A stretch of DNA of 64,000 nucleotides from Caecitellus pseudoparvulus (GCA_965644315.1 CBFFRQ010000069.1:930001-994000), one strand, 5' to 3'; positions 12,229 through 26,600 are shown, numbered from the stretch's first letter. The notes: generated by a model not told the origin, from the sequence alone. Made by a program: numbers and translations.

Positions 12229-14752
12229 TTACACGGGCGTTATCGTCACCATGAAATGCAGCGCATCTCCAAACTTCCATGGCTTGGGTGCAAGCGTGTT
12301 CAAGGAAAGAAAGGTGTCCCAGCCCCAGCTCTGGCTTGCAAGCGTGCCAAACAGCTTGCCCCCAGAGCAGCTCCCACGAATGGAGCTGAGAGTGGGGGTG
12401 CCTGGACCTCCACATAAACGAATGCTGAAGGACACACACACAGAAGAGCGGCTGTCAACAAAAGCAGCGCTCGAACCTGCGTGTTGCTGCACCTCCTCGG
12501 GGCTCGCAGCCAGCCGACGCAGGTACACCGCGAGCATTTCCCCGCCCCCCTCCTCGTCAAGGTACCGCTTGAGGTCCAAGCGCCACTTGGAGCCCATGAA
12601 TACCAGAGAGTTGCTGGAAATCGTCTGCGCAGCGCCCCCATGATGGAAGGGTGAGAGCTCCGAAGCGAGCGCACCTTCGACAGAGAAGCCTGCCCTGAGA
12701 GACGGCATTCGTTGGCACCGCACCGCGAGTGGCAGAGCGGGGTCCCCACGGAGAGCTTGCAGTGAGCTTTCTTCTCGGCGCACGGCCTCTTCAACTTGAC
12801 TGCGAAGCACAAGCTGCAGCCATCGGGCCTCCCGCAGCTTCTTCCCAGTCTGCAAACCGTCTCGGACAGCGTGCTCTCGGTGCTGTTGTGACTCGCCAAG
12901 CCTTTCAATCTCATCGAGGTCCAGCTTGGACATGTGGATGAAGCGCGTCTGAAAGACTGCTTCCTCGAAAATGCAGTCAATGACATCTCGTGCTGCTGGC
13001 ACATTCCACAGCGGACAAGTCAGAAACCTCGCCCGCCAGGGCTTGTCGACTGGCTCACGCTGCCAAGAGCCGTCAGGCCCCTTGGATGCCAGCGGAGAAA
13101 ATAAGCAAACACTGGCACCGCCGCCCACATGCTTCGGGGAGCATGTACTCGGCACAGCAACTTGCAATCGGCCACCTGCCCTGGCACTTCCGCTTGCCTG
13201 AACAGTCCTGCCTGGGAGAGCTTGCCCTTCGGCCCCACAACGCGACCCTCGCTCCCTGCCAGGAGATCCAGCAACTGGAGACACTATAGAGCCCTCATGG
13301 GTCCTTGTTGTTGGGCTCTGTGTGTTGTGCAGTTCAACACACCCGGAGCCTGCACCTTGCAGGACCTGCCATGCGACGACCCTTTTCAGCGTGGCCTCTG
13401 CCGAAGGCCTGCGGGCGACCAGTTTTCGCAGGAACTGCTCCACCACAGGGTTCTCTGGGGAAGAAAGCATGGCTTCTTGCAGCTGGAGTGAGCCTTGCAC
13501 CAATGGACATGCAAGCAGATTCGGTGGCAGCTGTCTTTTCTGCTCAAGTGCGGCCAAAATGGCCTGCCACTGCTGCGCCGCGAGTTGCAGTGTGGCCTGC
13601 CAATCTCCGAACAGGGCTGACAAAGTCGAAGAAGACGCACCCAAGGGGCCCCAGATGGATTCCAAGCTTTCTTGCTTCGCAGGAGGAGTGGGGGGGTGCT
13701 CCCACGAGAAGTTGTGTGCGCAGGACACGTGCGGTGAGCTTCCCCCTTCGCTGTGACGAGTGACGAGCTCTTGCTGCCGCCCCTGCCGATGCCTGGAGCC
13801 CTCCACAAAGCTGCGGGTCTCCACTCCTGCCTTCACTGTTGCATACATGTGCAACACGTCAAGGGCAGCAAACGGGAGTGCAACGCCCCACCCGCACTGC
13901 CGAAGGGCCTGCAGTGTGGCAGGAACATCCATGGCAAAAGGTGCGAACTCTTGCCCCAACAAGTCAACTGCACTCGACCAGTCTTGGGTTGCGTCTGTGG
14001 CCGAGGCCAATCGTCGCAGGCAGGACGCATGACATGAGGACACGATGTCCCAGCGCTTCGCTTCAGAAGTGTAGAAGGCTTCAGGGCTCAACAGCGGCTC
14101 GCACATCAGTGAGAGGGAAGTGTCAGCCAACTGGGGCATGACAGCGGCTGGGTCCCTGCGCAAGAGAGCTTCCGCGGCACCTCGAATGAGTTCCCCTGCA
14201 GCCCCAAGTTCGTGCTGCGAGACGAAGTTCAAGGCTGGCAGTATGCCGCCACGCGACATGTTGTGGTACTGCCAGTCAGCCGCAGCTGAGACGAGGTGGG
14301 GCAGGTCCAGAAAGGAGGCCGCCAGAAGGAGACCGGGGGTATCCGCTTCAGAGAACGCAGGTGGAATGCCATACAAGAATTGAATGCACGCAAGGACTTG
14401 CTCCTCCGTCACACCGGCCAGGTTGGGGGAGCCACTGTCCAGGTCAAGCTCAAAGTGGCATGGTGCCTTGTCTGACCAGGTGTTGTGGCCGCCCCCTGAC
14501 GGTACGCTGAGGTCATCAGCACCCCATGCTTCCCGCATCATGACTTCAAAGTACTGGCTCGCACTGAGTATGCACTGCGGCAGGAGGTGTGCCATGCCCT
14601 GAAGGTTCAGATGCTGATGGACGTGCGTTTCGACGACGCACCTTGTGCGCGTGAACTCGCCGGTCGCTCCCCTTGAATGAGATCAAGACATCGGCATGGG
14701 CCGATTGATTGTACAGATTTTGAATGTGTTGCTGCATGGTCTTCGCATCCAT
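12229..14752 (-). CDS. BTB/POZ domain protein with C-terminal MATH-like beta domain (germ cell-less/Btb-like)
   Basis: HADVLISFKG..VHAHK [intron] CILSASQYFEVM, IQFLYG and LLAASFLDL form a BTB domain. The C-terminus has FMGSKWRLD...LAVYLRR...SWGWDTF. Confidence 0.78.
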
Positions 14753-15211
14753 GTTGGCGCGAGCTGCGGTGGTGATCACGGGTCGGCGTTGAGCGACGTG
14801 CTGCTGCTGCTGCGGTGTCGACGGAAGCCGCCTCCAAATGCGCAGAGTTTCTCTTGCGCTGCCCAGATGGGGAGCTCTCCTTTAAGCCCAGGATTGTGCA
14901 TGAGGCAGAGCGTCACTTGCGAGCTGCGGGGTGCCAAAGATTGGTGTGGTGGTTGGATTTGACGGGCCGGCACACAAAGTGCCGGGCAGTGACGGGCCGA
15001 CACAGTCGTGCGCGCTCGGCACAGGGAGGCTCAGGCAGACGTGGCCGACAAACTTCAACCCCAACTCCAACCCTGCCTCTCGACCACACTGCCCCCTCCC
15101 CCTTGTGCCTTTTCCCTGTGCAACCGTACTGTGCCACACCACAGCTAGGGTGCAACAGCGGAAATTGAAGGTTTTGTTGCTGGCGGTTTCTCCTCGCAAC
15201 AACTCCTCAAG

Positions 15212-18200
15212 ATGGGGTGCTTCCCTTCAAAGCCGACCCACCCCTCAGCGGGCATGGACGATGTAGACGCCTCTGCGTTTGACGCGCCTGCTGATTCGAA
15301 GGGCAAGTCAGGGTGGTCTGCGGCGCCCGCGCCAGCTGCAAGCGACGAGCCTGAGGGTGGCAAGGAGCTTGGCGCCAAAGTGGAGGTGTCCGAGGCAGCA
15401 GCAGAGGCCATCGCTGACGCTGCGCACCTCCGTTCGACTCTTGGCCAGAAGGTCGGCTCTCCTTCCTTCGCGCTGCCTGTCCTGCCCTTCTTGAACCGTG
15501 AGTGCTCGAGGCAGTGCAGCTGCTGCCGCGCGCTGGCCGGGCGTCGTCACGCACAGGCGCAGCAGGAACGCCTGGGAGCTTCCGCTACTCTGTCTATGCT
15601 TTTTTACGTAACTTGTTCGTGCCCTTGCCGCAGTGTACGGTGCGCTGGTGGAGGACTTGTTCGATGCTGTCGAAACCGAGGATGGTGCCGTGTCGCTGGA
15701 CGCCTGGAAGGACGCTGTGGCGGGGCTGCAAGACCAAGTGCAGATCTCACCCGCCCAGGCGGAGGCTTACTTTGCATTGCTGGATGAGGGGCAGGTGAGG
15801 CAGGCGCACCGCATGAGGAGCAGCATTGGCGTGGTGGAGCGTGCCCATTGTTTGCCCAACCTCCTCAACGGTAACATCAGCAACCGCACCCACCGCCCTC
15901 GCCCCCGCCTGCCAGACTGGCTCTGTCTCCAAAGTGGAGCTTTTCATCGTGCCTGCACTTGCATCTGGATTCAACGACGCGGACACGCTAACTTGTACGC
16001 CAAGCCAACGTGGCCAGACTGCTGTGTGCGAGCCTGCACTGATGCCCGCAAACCTTTGCAGTTGTTTTCGAATTGCTGGGCGGCTCTGACGACGCGCCCT
16101 TGACCTCCGCGGCACTTCGAGATGGGATCATCCTGGCCATGCGCGGTATGGCCCTGAGCGAAGGTGACACGCCTCCCTCAGATGCCGACATCGAGCTCGT
16201 CTCCAAGGCCCTGCTGGCGCTGGCGGACGACAACCAAGACGCCACCATGAGCAAGGACGAGTTCCTGGACTTCGCCTTGCACCGCTCCCCCGAAGCCAAG
16301 TCCTATCTCGCGTACTTCAACGACCCTGTCGTGGATGCTGAGCTCCTGGTGGCAGCCGGCGCCGTCGACGCTGCCGGCATCTCCGTGCTGGATGTTGAGG
16401 ACGACGACGAAGACCCCCTGGGCGCGGCTCTGGGTGAAGAGAAGCCCAAGGTGCAGCGCAAAGCCATGGCATCCATGTACGGCATTGACTTGGAGGCTGC
16501 GGCGGCCAAAGAAGCTGCTGCAGCCGATGCGGGTGGCGCGGGGGGGCACACCTTCGGTGACCGGTCTGGCGCGCCGGTGGAGATCATCCAGCCCGGCCCG
16601 TCAGGCCCAGGTGGCTCTGGTGGCTTCGATTTTGCCTCTGCAGGGGATGAGGTGCTGCTGCAGGCTGATGTCATGGCTGATGAGCCCCTCCTCATGTACG
16701 AGGTGGCCCCCGATGAGGTGCCATCCAACGCTGAGGTGGAGGGAGCCCAAGAGGACCTCGTTGGCCCACCTGTGGGTCTGGACCTTGAGTACATCCACGG
16801 ATACCGCTGCCACGACGGTGCACGCAACCACGTGCGCGTGACGGCAGACGGCATGCTCGTGTACCCCGCCGCAGCGGTGGGCGTTGCTCTGGACCCTGCC
16901 ACTCGCTCCCAGCGATTCATGGCTGACCACGCCGACGACGTCGTGGGCTTGGCCTTGGCCCCTGATGGACGCACTGTAGCGTCCATCGAGATGGGCAAGC
17001 ACGCGCGTGTCGTGGTTTGGCGTGTGGCTGGCTCTGGCGCAGCAGCTGGAGAAGGCAAGGCATACGATACCGACGCCAATGACTTGCTACCTGAGGTCGT
17101 CCTTGCAGCCAAGAGCAAGCGGGGCCTGTCTCACGTTGCCTTCTCCCCAGATGGCACAAGAATCGCAGCCGTCGGGGAGGACGACGAGCACACCGTGACG
17201 GTGTGGGAGTGGCAGCGTCGGCGGCGCATTCTCTCCACCACCACTACAAATCGCAAGGTGCTGTCCCTGACGTGGAAGGACGACGACACAGTCGTCACAG
17301 CGGGCATGAACCACGCCTTCTTCACATCTGTGAAGGAGCAGACGCCGCGTAAGGCCCTTTTCGGGCGCCTGCGCGGGGTCAAGGTGCAGCCCCTGGTGGC
17401 GGTGGCCACCCTGCCCACGCTCACCGGGGGCGAGGCCAAGGCGTGGGCATCAGCAGGCGGCCGCTCGCGCTCGCGAGCCTCCACATCCCGCACCAAGCAG
17501 GGTGAGGTTGTCATCACCGGCACGAAATCGGGCGATCTGTACATCTGGCACGGCCGTTCCTGCGCCGCGTTCAAGAGCGGCGCCCACAAGGGCGCTGTCA
17601 CGTCCCTCTTCGCTCCATATGATGACAACGTGCCCAATGCGCCGGACCTTGCCCTGGCTTCAGGAGGCGCGGACGGCGTCGTGAAGCTGTGGTCCAAGCA
17701 CGGCGACATCGTGGCCAAGGTGGACTTCTCGTCCCCTGCCTGGGGCTGCTTGGATGCCAGCGTGCGCTCAGTATGCTGGGGCGGCCAAGGTGGTAGCGCT
17801 GGTCAGCAGCTGGTGGTGGCCGTGCGGTCTGGGGAGATCTACTCCTTGCCCCTCGCCGACGTGCTTGCAGGCGGCCCGGGCGGCGCGGGTGAGGGCAAGG
17901 CCGACGACTTGACCGGCTTTGGTGCCGCTGCCGTGCCCCTCGTCAGCGGGCACTCCAACTTTGAGACGTGGGGCCTGGCTCCTCACCCGAGCGAAGCCGA
18001 CATGTTCGCTACGTCTGGCGACGATGCCACGCTGCGCATTTGGCGTTTCAACACGCAGATCGCCAAGCGAGCCCTGCCCACCCTGGCCCGCTGCGTCGCG
18101 TGGAGCCCAGACGGCAGCCATGTCGCCGTGGGCCTGGGCGGTGACTTCGGTGGCATTCTGCGTGACGGAAAGGGCCGCGGAGCATGGAGTGGCCGAGGAG

Positions 18201-21200
18201 GCGAGGGGGTGGATGCCGACGCGTACGCAGGCTTTGCGCCGTCTGACCTCCGCCCTGGTGGCTTCATCGTCTTCGCGGTGTCGGCGGGGGGCCGAGCTCT
18301 CACGCCAGTGCATGCCGCACGGGACCAGGTGGAGTGGGTGTCCGACTTGAAGTTCTCACCGGATGGCAAGTACCTCGCAGTGGGCTCACACGACAACTCA
18401 GTCATGGTGTACGAGGCGGACGGGTGGGCCACTGCTGGAAAGTGCAACAAGTCCTCTTCATTCATCACCCGTCTGGATTGGGCCGCCGACTCCAGCGTCA
18501 TCCGCACCAACGACGGCGCTCACGAGATCCTGTACTTCTTCCCTGATGGCTCACAGGCTCTGCCAGGGCACTCCTTCCCTGGCGAGACCATCGACATGGT
18601 CTGGGCCACGAACACGTGCCCCCACAACGAAGCTGCGCTGGGCATCTGGCCTCTGGGCGCTGATGGCACGGACATCAACGCCACGGCAGTGTCCTCGTCT
18701 GGGGACGTGATCGTGGTGGGGGACGACTTCTCGCGGGTGAACTTGCACCCCTTCCCTTGCCCTCCAGATGGCACAAAGCCACTCCGCTACAAGGGACATG
18801 CTTCCTTCGTTCAGAATGTGACGTTCCTCGCTGACGACGCGCGAGTTGTGACGGTTGGCGGGTACGACAAGACTGTGGCTGTGTGGCGAGTTGTCGGGGG
18901 CGACGTGGACGACGCTGCAACCGAGGGTGGTGAGCCCGAGGCTGAGCCGGTGGACGACCCCGATGAGGTGGGCGCAGTGGCTCTGCGCCGCCCCTCCCCG
19001 CTGGAAGAGGCCATCAAGAGCGGAGATATCCACAAGGCAGCTCGCCTGCGAGAGCAGCAAGCCGAACAGAACGCTCTGTTTGGCACAACAGAGAGCAGTG
19101 CAGGCGCAGCTGCTGCCCCTGCCAGTGCCCAGCTGGCTCAGCTGCCACCAGGCAGTGCCCCCAACAAGCGCCCCTGGATGCGCACCCCTGAGGAAGTGCT
19201 ACCCCGCCCTGCATGGCCACACCCCATCACTGCCGCTGCCCCTGAGCAAGACCTGGCCCTGTCCTATGTGCATGGGTACCGAGGGCATGACCTGCGCAAC
19301 AACCTTGGGTACACCAGAGCTGGTGCCGTCGTGTACCCGGCGGCCGCCCTGGGCGTTGTCACAGCGCCAGTGGGCTCCGAGGCCCACGATGGGTCCAGCA
19401 AGAGCCCTTCCCAGCAGTTCTTTGGTGGCCACACTGACGACGTGCTGACTGTGGCCGTGCACCCGGATGGTGTGCACATTGCCACAGGGCAGATCGGGAA
19501 GGACCCCATCATCCACGTGTGGAACGCGGAGGCCATGGAGCCTGTCGCGTCTCTCCGTGGTGTCGTCAAGCGCGCCGTTGCAGGGCTGTCGTTCTCCCCA
19601 GACGGCTCTCGGCTGGCGGCTGTTGGGCGTGACGAGTACAACTCCGTTTCTGTGTACGACTGGAAGAACGAAGTGCTCGTCGCTTCCGCAGCTGGAGCAA
19701 AGGAGCCAACCCTGGCCATGGCGTTTGGCATGGCTGCTGGGGCAGGCAAGGGTGGCTCGGACGGGCTCTGCATCGTGCAGGCAGGGAAGCGCCATGCCCT
19801 GTTCCACTCGTGGCAAGGCCGCAGCGTCTCCACTCGCAAGGGGCTGCTGGGTGTCCGTGCCAAGGCCAAGAACTTCTACGCAGCGGCTTGGGTGGGCGGC
19901 CAGGCCGTGCTTGGCACAGACACGGGTGCGCTGTACGTCTTCTCGGGCCGCCAGCGCAAGCGGTCGGTCAAGTCCCACAAGGGCCCCGTGTACGCCCTGC
20001 ATACGCCCACTGCCCGTGCAACGAGCGGTGGCGTGGCGCTCTTCTCTGGCGGGGCTGACGGCAAGGTCATCACGTACTCTGCAGACCTCTCCGTGCTGAA
20101 TACCTTTGATGTGGCGGAGGCAGCTGGGTCCCTGCTCGTGCGTCCCAAGATTCGAGCTCTGGGCTTGTCAGATGACGGCTCCAAGCTGGCGGTGGGCACC
20201 ATTTCCTGCGAGATCGTCGAGCTCAGCACCGAAAACGGCTCCATCATCTCCACAGACAGCAAGGGCAATGCGACTGCGCTGGTCCGGGGGCACTACCGGG
20301 ATGAGCTGTGGGGCCTCGCGACCTCCCCAGTGAACCCAGACACCTACGTCACGGTTGGTGACGACGGCATGCTGGCTGTATGGTCCCTTGCGCAGCGCAC
20401 GTGCGTCGCCAAGTCCATGCTGGGAGGTGTCGCCCGTGCTGTGGCGTTCCATCCCACAGGCCGCCTGCTGGCTGTGGGCCTCGGCGGTGACAGCAACCGA
20501 ACCGGGGACTCAGCAGACGACACGAAGAGCAAGGGCCTGGATGGCGCGGTCATGGTGCTGTCCACTGCCACCTTGGAAGTCCTCTGGCAGGAGAAGCGGG
20601 CCAAGGAGTGGATTTCGGACATTAAGTTCTCCCCAGATGGCGAGTCCCTGGCAGTTGGCTCCCACGACAACTCCGTGTACGTGTATGATGTCGAAGAGGA
20701 GGGGGATGGCGTGCGGGTCGGCTTGCGCTGCAAGTTCAGCAAGCACTCCTCCTTCGTGAAGCACCTGGATTTCACGTCTGATTCAGCGTACATGCAGGTG
20801 TCAGCTGGCTCCCACGAGCTGCTCTTCGCGAATGCGACCACTGGCGAGCACGTCGTCACGAAGGACACACTGGATGGGAAGGAGTGGGCCACGAACACCA
20901 CCGACCTGGCGTGGGCACTCTTGGGCGTGCACCCACGAGGCACGGACGGCACAGATGTGAATGCTGTGGACGTTACCCCCACGCCGCTGCTGCGTGATGC
21001 TGGGCCAGCGGACGCAACTGTCGTTGCTGGCGATGACTTTGGCCGCGTGGTGCAGTACCGGTATCCCTGTGTGCTGAAGAAGGCAGGCCACAAGTCCTAC
21101 ACTGGCCACTCCTCTCACGTCACCAAGGTCGCCTTCGCTTCCGATGGGCAGTGGGTCGTGTCTACTGGTGGCTTTGACCGGTGCACATTTGTCTGGCAAG

Positions 21201-23527
21201 TGTTGGGCGACGCGGAAGCTGCAGCAGAGGTGGCCGAAGCAGCGGCAGCTGCTGCGACTGGCGCTGGCTCTGCGACAGAGCTGCCGAAGCTGGCCGGCTA
21301 CGAGGGGCGCGGGGATGATGCCGCCAGCGTGGCAAGCGACCCTGCCGAGACGGTTGCTGGAAGCACTGCCAGGGACGTGGACTTTGCCGCTGACCGACGC
21401 AGCCGTGCGAACTTGGGCAAGAAGGCATTGGTGCCCACGATTGCCTCGCACTCAGACGGCGCAGCCCCGGACGCAGGGCTGAAGCTGGAGTGGGTGTACG
21501 GCTACGAAGGTGTGCGGGGCCGGCGCAACCTCGCGTACAACGCTGCGGGGGGTATCGTGTACTATGCAGCAGGCACTGGCATCGTGTACAACCGCACTGA
21601 GCATGCACAGCACTTCTACACCAAGCATGCGGATGACATTTCGGCGCTTGCCATGGACGCCTCGGGAGCATTCGTTGCAACTGGTGAGATGGGGCGGCGC
21701 CCCAGCGTGCGTGTGTGGCGAGCCGTGGGAGCTGACCACGTGATCACCTTGCCCCCTGTGCACATGCGGGCTGTGATCAGCCTCAGCTTCGACCCATCCG
21801 GGCACTTCCTCATGTCCGTCGGCGACGACGATATGCACACCGTTGCCGTGTACTACTCTGCAGCCGGGGATTGGCATGACGCCGTGCTTGTAGGGAAGGA
21901 GCAGAGCGACACTAACATGGTCCTCTTCTCACGCTGCCTGCCCCCTGCGGACGGCCGCAGCCCTGGGGCATACCATGCCGTCACGGGCGGTAAGAAGCAC
22001 CTCAAGTTTTGGCAGTTCCCTGTCACTGCCACGGGTGCTGCGGGGTCCACCCGGACCACAACCACCGCCCTATCCTCAGGCCGGTCTCGGTCCCACGGCC
22101 TCAGCACGAAGAAGGGGCTCATGGGCGAGCATCTGGGCAGCATTGCCACAGATGCTGTCATCATCGGGTCAGGTTCTTCGTGGGCGCTTATTGTGGGAAC
22201 CACCGATGGCAGCCTGCTGAACTATGGGCAGGACCGCAGGTACTCCTCCTCTGCGAAGATTGGTGCGGGTGTCACCGCCATGTGGGGCTTCGAGGGAGGC
22301 CTGGTCGTTGGTACAGCGGCCGGTGGCGTGCACGTTTTCGACTTGGGCCTGGCCAAGACCTCGTCGTACAATGCCCCTGGCTCCAGTGGCTTTGGCGCCC
22401 TCGTGCGCTCTGTGGCCTTGCGCCCAGACGGCCGCTCCTTGCTAGTAGGCACGGCCTTGTGCGAGGTGTGGGAGGTCACGCGTGACACCGCCAACGCCTC
22501 CCGACTGGTCAAGGGTCACTACGGCCGTGGAGAGGTGTGGGGCCTGGCAGTAGCGCCTGGCAGTGGTCAGGCTGACAGCGGGAACCCATTCCTCGCCGCC
22601 ACCTCCGGAGATGACGGGGACATTATCGTATGGGACCTCCAGCGCCGTGTGGCCGTGTCGGTTACGAACGTTTCAGACCCAGCTGCTCACGGAGCCCCCG
22701 TGCGAACCCTGAGCTGGACTGGGGCATGGGGCAACAAGGCCGGCGTGGGAGGCGCTCGCGCTCCATATGGCCTCATTGCTGCTGGCATCGGCGGTCGCTT
22801 GGGAGGCACCAGGGCTGATGCCACCAATTCCGGTGAGGTGTGCCTGTTCGATCCTGCAGCCGGCAAGGTGCTCTCTGGCTTGAAGGTGACGGATGCTGAC
22901 ATCAACAGCCTGCTCATCTCCCCGGACGGCACCCGCATGGCCATGGGCTGCGCAGACACCAAGGTGTACATTGCTGCCGTAGCGGGTGAGTCAGGTGCAG
23001 TGCCTTCCTTCGAAGTGCAGCAGGTGTGCAACAAGAACACTTCAGTTGTGCGCCACGTGTCTTGGGACGCCAGCAGCACCACGGTCATGGCCGACGATGC
23101 TGGCGGGGAAGCGCTGTACTTTGCCGCCGACTCTGGCGAGCAGGTCTTGGCCACGGACGCTGAGTTGACTGACCGTGGCATTGTCTTTGCCTCCATGAAT
23201 TGCGTTTTCGGGGAGAAGGTGGCGGGCATCTGGCCAGCGTACTCGGACAACACGGACGTCAACGCCACTGACACGTCACCTGACGGCAAACTCCTTGCAA
23301 CCGCTGACGACTATGGTGACGTCCGCCTGTTCAAATACCCGAGCACGCATCGCCGCTCAGCTTCCGTTGCGGGTGTCGGTGCCCACAGCAGCCACGTCAC
23401 AAACGTTCGCTTCACGCGTGACGGCAGCCATGTCCTTACCACTGGTGGAAACGATCGAACCCTGATGCAGTGGCGGGTCACGGGGGGCGCCGACAGCTCC
23501 GGTGCAAGCTCGACTTCCCATAAATGA
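15212..23527 (+). CDS. Echinoderm microtubule-associated protein-like (EML5/6-type, three TAPE modules) with N-terminal MGC acylation motif and EF hands
   Basis: Three HELP-like motifs (LDLEYIHGY, LALSYVHGY, LKLEWVYGY), each followed by WD propellers ending in DGTDINA/GHSSHVT-type motifs. 5' exons give MGCFPSK and EF loops LDEGQTGSVSKVE and DDNQDATMSKDE. Confidence 0.9.
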
Positions 23528-23691
23528 GTGTGTTGGTGACACCTCCGGGTGGGGTGCAGGAGTGCACCCAAGCGTTCAGTGCCGCCTGCCTGTGTGTGGG
23601 GCAAGCTGCGCTGTCACTTGGGTGATTTTGTGATCAATGGATGAATGCATTCCAACTCGAAGCGCGCATTCTTGCAGTCAGAGCGGGCACA

Positions 23692-26600
23692 TCAATTCTC
23701 CTCGACAGGACTGTACGTGCCAGCGCCGGCCGGCGTAGCAGCGGTAACCCCATCGCTTGCAGGGCTCAAGTCGTCATCATCAGGGGGAGAATAGTCTGGG
23801 CTTGATGGTGACACCATTGTATCACTTGCAGGGGATGGGCCCTGGTCCTCTGGAGGACTGTACGCAGGCGACGTGTCTGACACAGCAGGAGACGTATCTG
23901 AAGCTCCATCGGGTGACGTAGCTCCAGTTTCTGGTGGGCTGTAAGATGGGCTTGTCGGGCTGTACGCAGGACTGGCACCGTGAGCAGAGGAGGCACCCTG
24001 CTCTACAGAAGTGCCAGCAGGTGGGCTGTACGCAGGGCTTGTCGGGCTGTACGCCGGACTGGTAGGACTGTACGCCGGGCTCGTAGGACTGTACGCCGGG
24101 CTCGTAGGACTGTACGCAGGGCTGGTAGGACTGTATGCCGGGCTCGTCGGGCTGTATGCCGGGCTTGTCGGACTGTACGCGGGACTGGTAGGACTGTACG
24201 CAGGACTAGTTGGGCTGTATGCCGGGCTTGTCGGGCTGTACGCCGGACTGGTAGGACTGTATGCCGGGCTCGTCGGGCTGTACGCAGGGCTTGTCGGGCT
24301 GTACGCCGGACTGGTAGGACTGTATGCGGGACTTGTAGGGCTGTAAGCCGGACTGGTAGGACTGTATGCCGGACTGGTTGGACTGTATGCCGGACTTGTA
24401 GGGCTGTACGCCGGACTAGTAGGACTGTATGCCGGACTGGTTGGACTGTATGCCGGGCTTGTAGGACTGTATGCCGGACTGGTAGGACTGTACGCGGGGC
24501 TTGTCGGGCTGTATGCCGGGCTCGTCGGGCTGTACGCAGGACTAGTTGGGCTGTATGCGGGACTGGTTGGGCTTGAAGCCTGAGCATCATACCTGGGAGA
24601 GGAAGTCATCGCAGGTGATCGCTCGACAGACATAACCGAAGCCATGCCAGGTGACATGGCCGAAGCTCCACCGTATGCTGATCCCTGCCCAACTGCAGGC
24701 GAGAAGGCGCCTGCAGCGAAAGAGGAGCCCATCTCAGACATGGCACCAGGAGTGAAGGCATAGTCAGTAGAGGGAGAGGCAGCAGCTTCACGCATCATAG
24801 GGGTGTTGCCGAGAACGGCATCCTCAGGGTCGCCATACTCGCCCAATGTGCCACCACGGTCAGCTGACGTCATCACTGCATACTTCAACATAGTGTCATC
24901 CAGCAGCAACTCAAAGTGCCCCGTGCCAATGGGAGCAAATTGCCCCAGCATGATGTTCTCTGACACACCCTCCATGCCGTCACGCTCGGCGTACACGGCA
25001 GCGTCCATGAGAATCTCCACAGTCTCCTCGAAGGATGCCCGCTGGAGCGGTCCGTTGTCCACTCGATTGATGCCGTGCCTTGTCACAGCAGTCAGGTACC
25101 CCCGGAACGTCATGGCATCAACCAGAACCGCCAAGTGGCGATGGTTTACGTATGCACCATCGAACTGAATGACGTTTCGCACCTCATTCAGCAGTGCTGC
25201 CCGGCAAGCTTCGATTCCCAGCACCGACAAGATTTCCACCATGTCGTTGGAAATGGTGCGAGTTGCATCAACCATGGGGTGCGCGAGGACCTCAAAAAGA
25301 TTCGTGCCATCGGTGTCGATGATCATCTCAGGTGGGCGCCTGGTCAGGCCCAAGTGCGGTGCGAAGGTGTGTCCCTTGCCTTCTCTGTGGTGCAACTTGT
25401 TGATGTGCTGCACACCCTGCAGCTGCAGAACATCAAGAAGAAGCTGCTCAAACGACTTCAAGTACACGACGTCCGCGTCTGGGTCATCTGCACCGTCATC
25501 GCTCTTCAAGCTCGTCAGGGTCGTCTGCGACATGCGGATGCGCAGAATGGGCACTGTGGCATTGTCATCATTGTACACGATGTGCAGCGTGCTGTTCAAA
25601 TCCCGCAGGATTGTCTCCTTGATGTGCGCGAATGTGATGGAGCGCTGAGTCATGGCTGCCATGCTCAGCTTCATGCGCAACACCCAAGGTGAGAGGGAGT
25701 CCAAGGTGGCAGAGTCCTCAACCATGGCGGCCACAGAGACAAACTCCTCATCCTCTGGGATCACGGAGGTGGTTGGATCGGGGTCGTACAGGATCTGTGT
25801 GCCAACCACTAAATCCTTCAGCAGGGCAAACTCCAAGTCCTTCACCATCTTCTGGAACACAGCATCGTCCTGGCCAAATTCAGGCTTGAGGTGGATCTGC
25901 ACCGCTGGAGTCTTCAGCTTCTTCGCGATGTTTATGAGCTCGCGCAGACGAGGGACACCCAAGGTGACGTTCTTCGCGGAAACACCGGCGTAGTGAAACG
26001 TGTTCAAGGTCATCTGCGTGGCAGGCTCCCCGATGCTTTGGGCAGCGAGGACACCGCACATTTCCCCGGCAGCGGCGCGGCAGACATTGAACCTGTTCTC
26101 AACTTCGCCCAGCAGCCACTGAAATGCTTCTCGTGTCAGGCGGTGGGTTTCGATGACGCGTCGGGAAGCCAGGCATGACCGCAGGAGGGCCTTGGTCAAG
26201 CCCACAGCATTTGCGTTTGCGTTGCCGATCACTTCTTGAGTGCCCGGCACGACAATCAGGCGATCCAGCACTTCCCTGACACTGTTCACGACCTCCACGG
26301 GGTTCAAATCAGATACCCCGCCGTGCTCGTCGATGGAGAACTTGCGCTGCGCGTTGAAAATGAGGCGATGAGCGGGTACCGGCATGGGCAGCTTGCCTGA
26401 CGTGATGGCCTTGGAATCTGCTCGCTGGAATGCCGCGTAGATGACCTCTCGATCCAACACCAGCGCGTCCACCTCCTGAGCCAGCAAGTCTCGAGCAGCC
26501 TCGTCCATCTGCAGAGCACGAAGGATCCTCAGATCCATGAATGGGCGCTGGTCGGGGCCAGCCAAGCCGACCGTGTGGTCGTCCAAATCCCAGCCAAACT

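Noticed and set aside
23980-24590. Repetitive ORFs (GLYAGLV, RRTGRTV, etc.) and a 21-bp periodicity resembling a repeat array or CRISPR
   Set aside because: These are antisense and alternative-frame shadows of the RPB1 CTD, with no spacers and synonymous-site variation.
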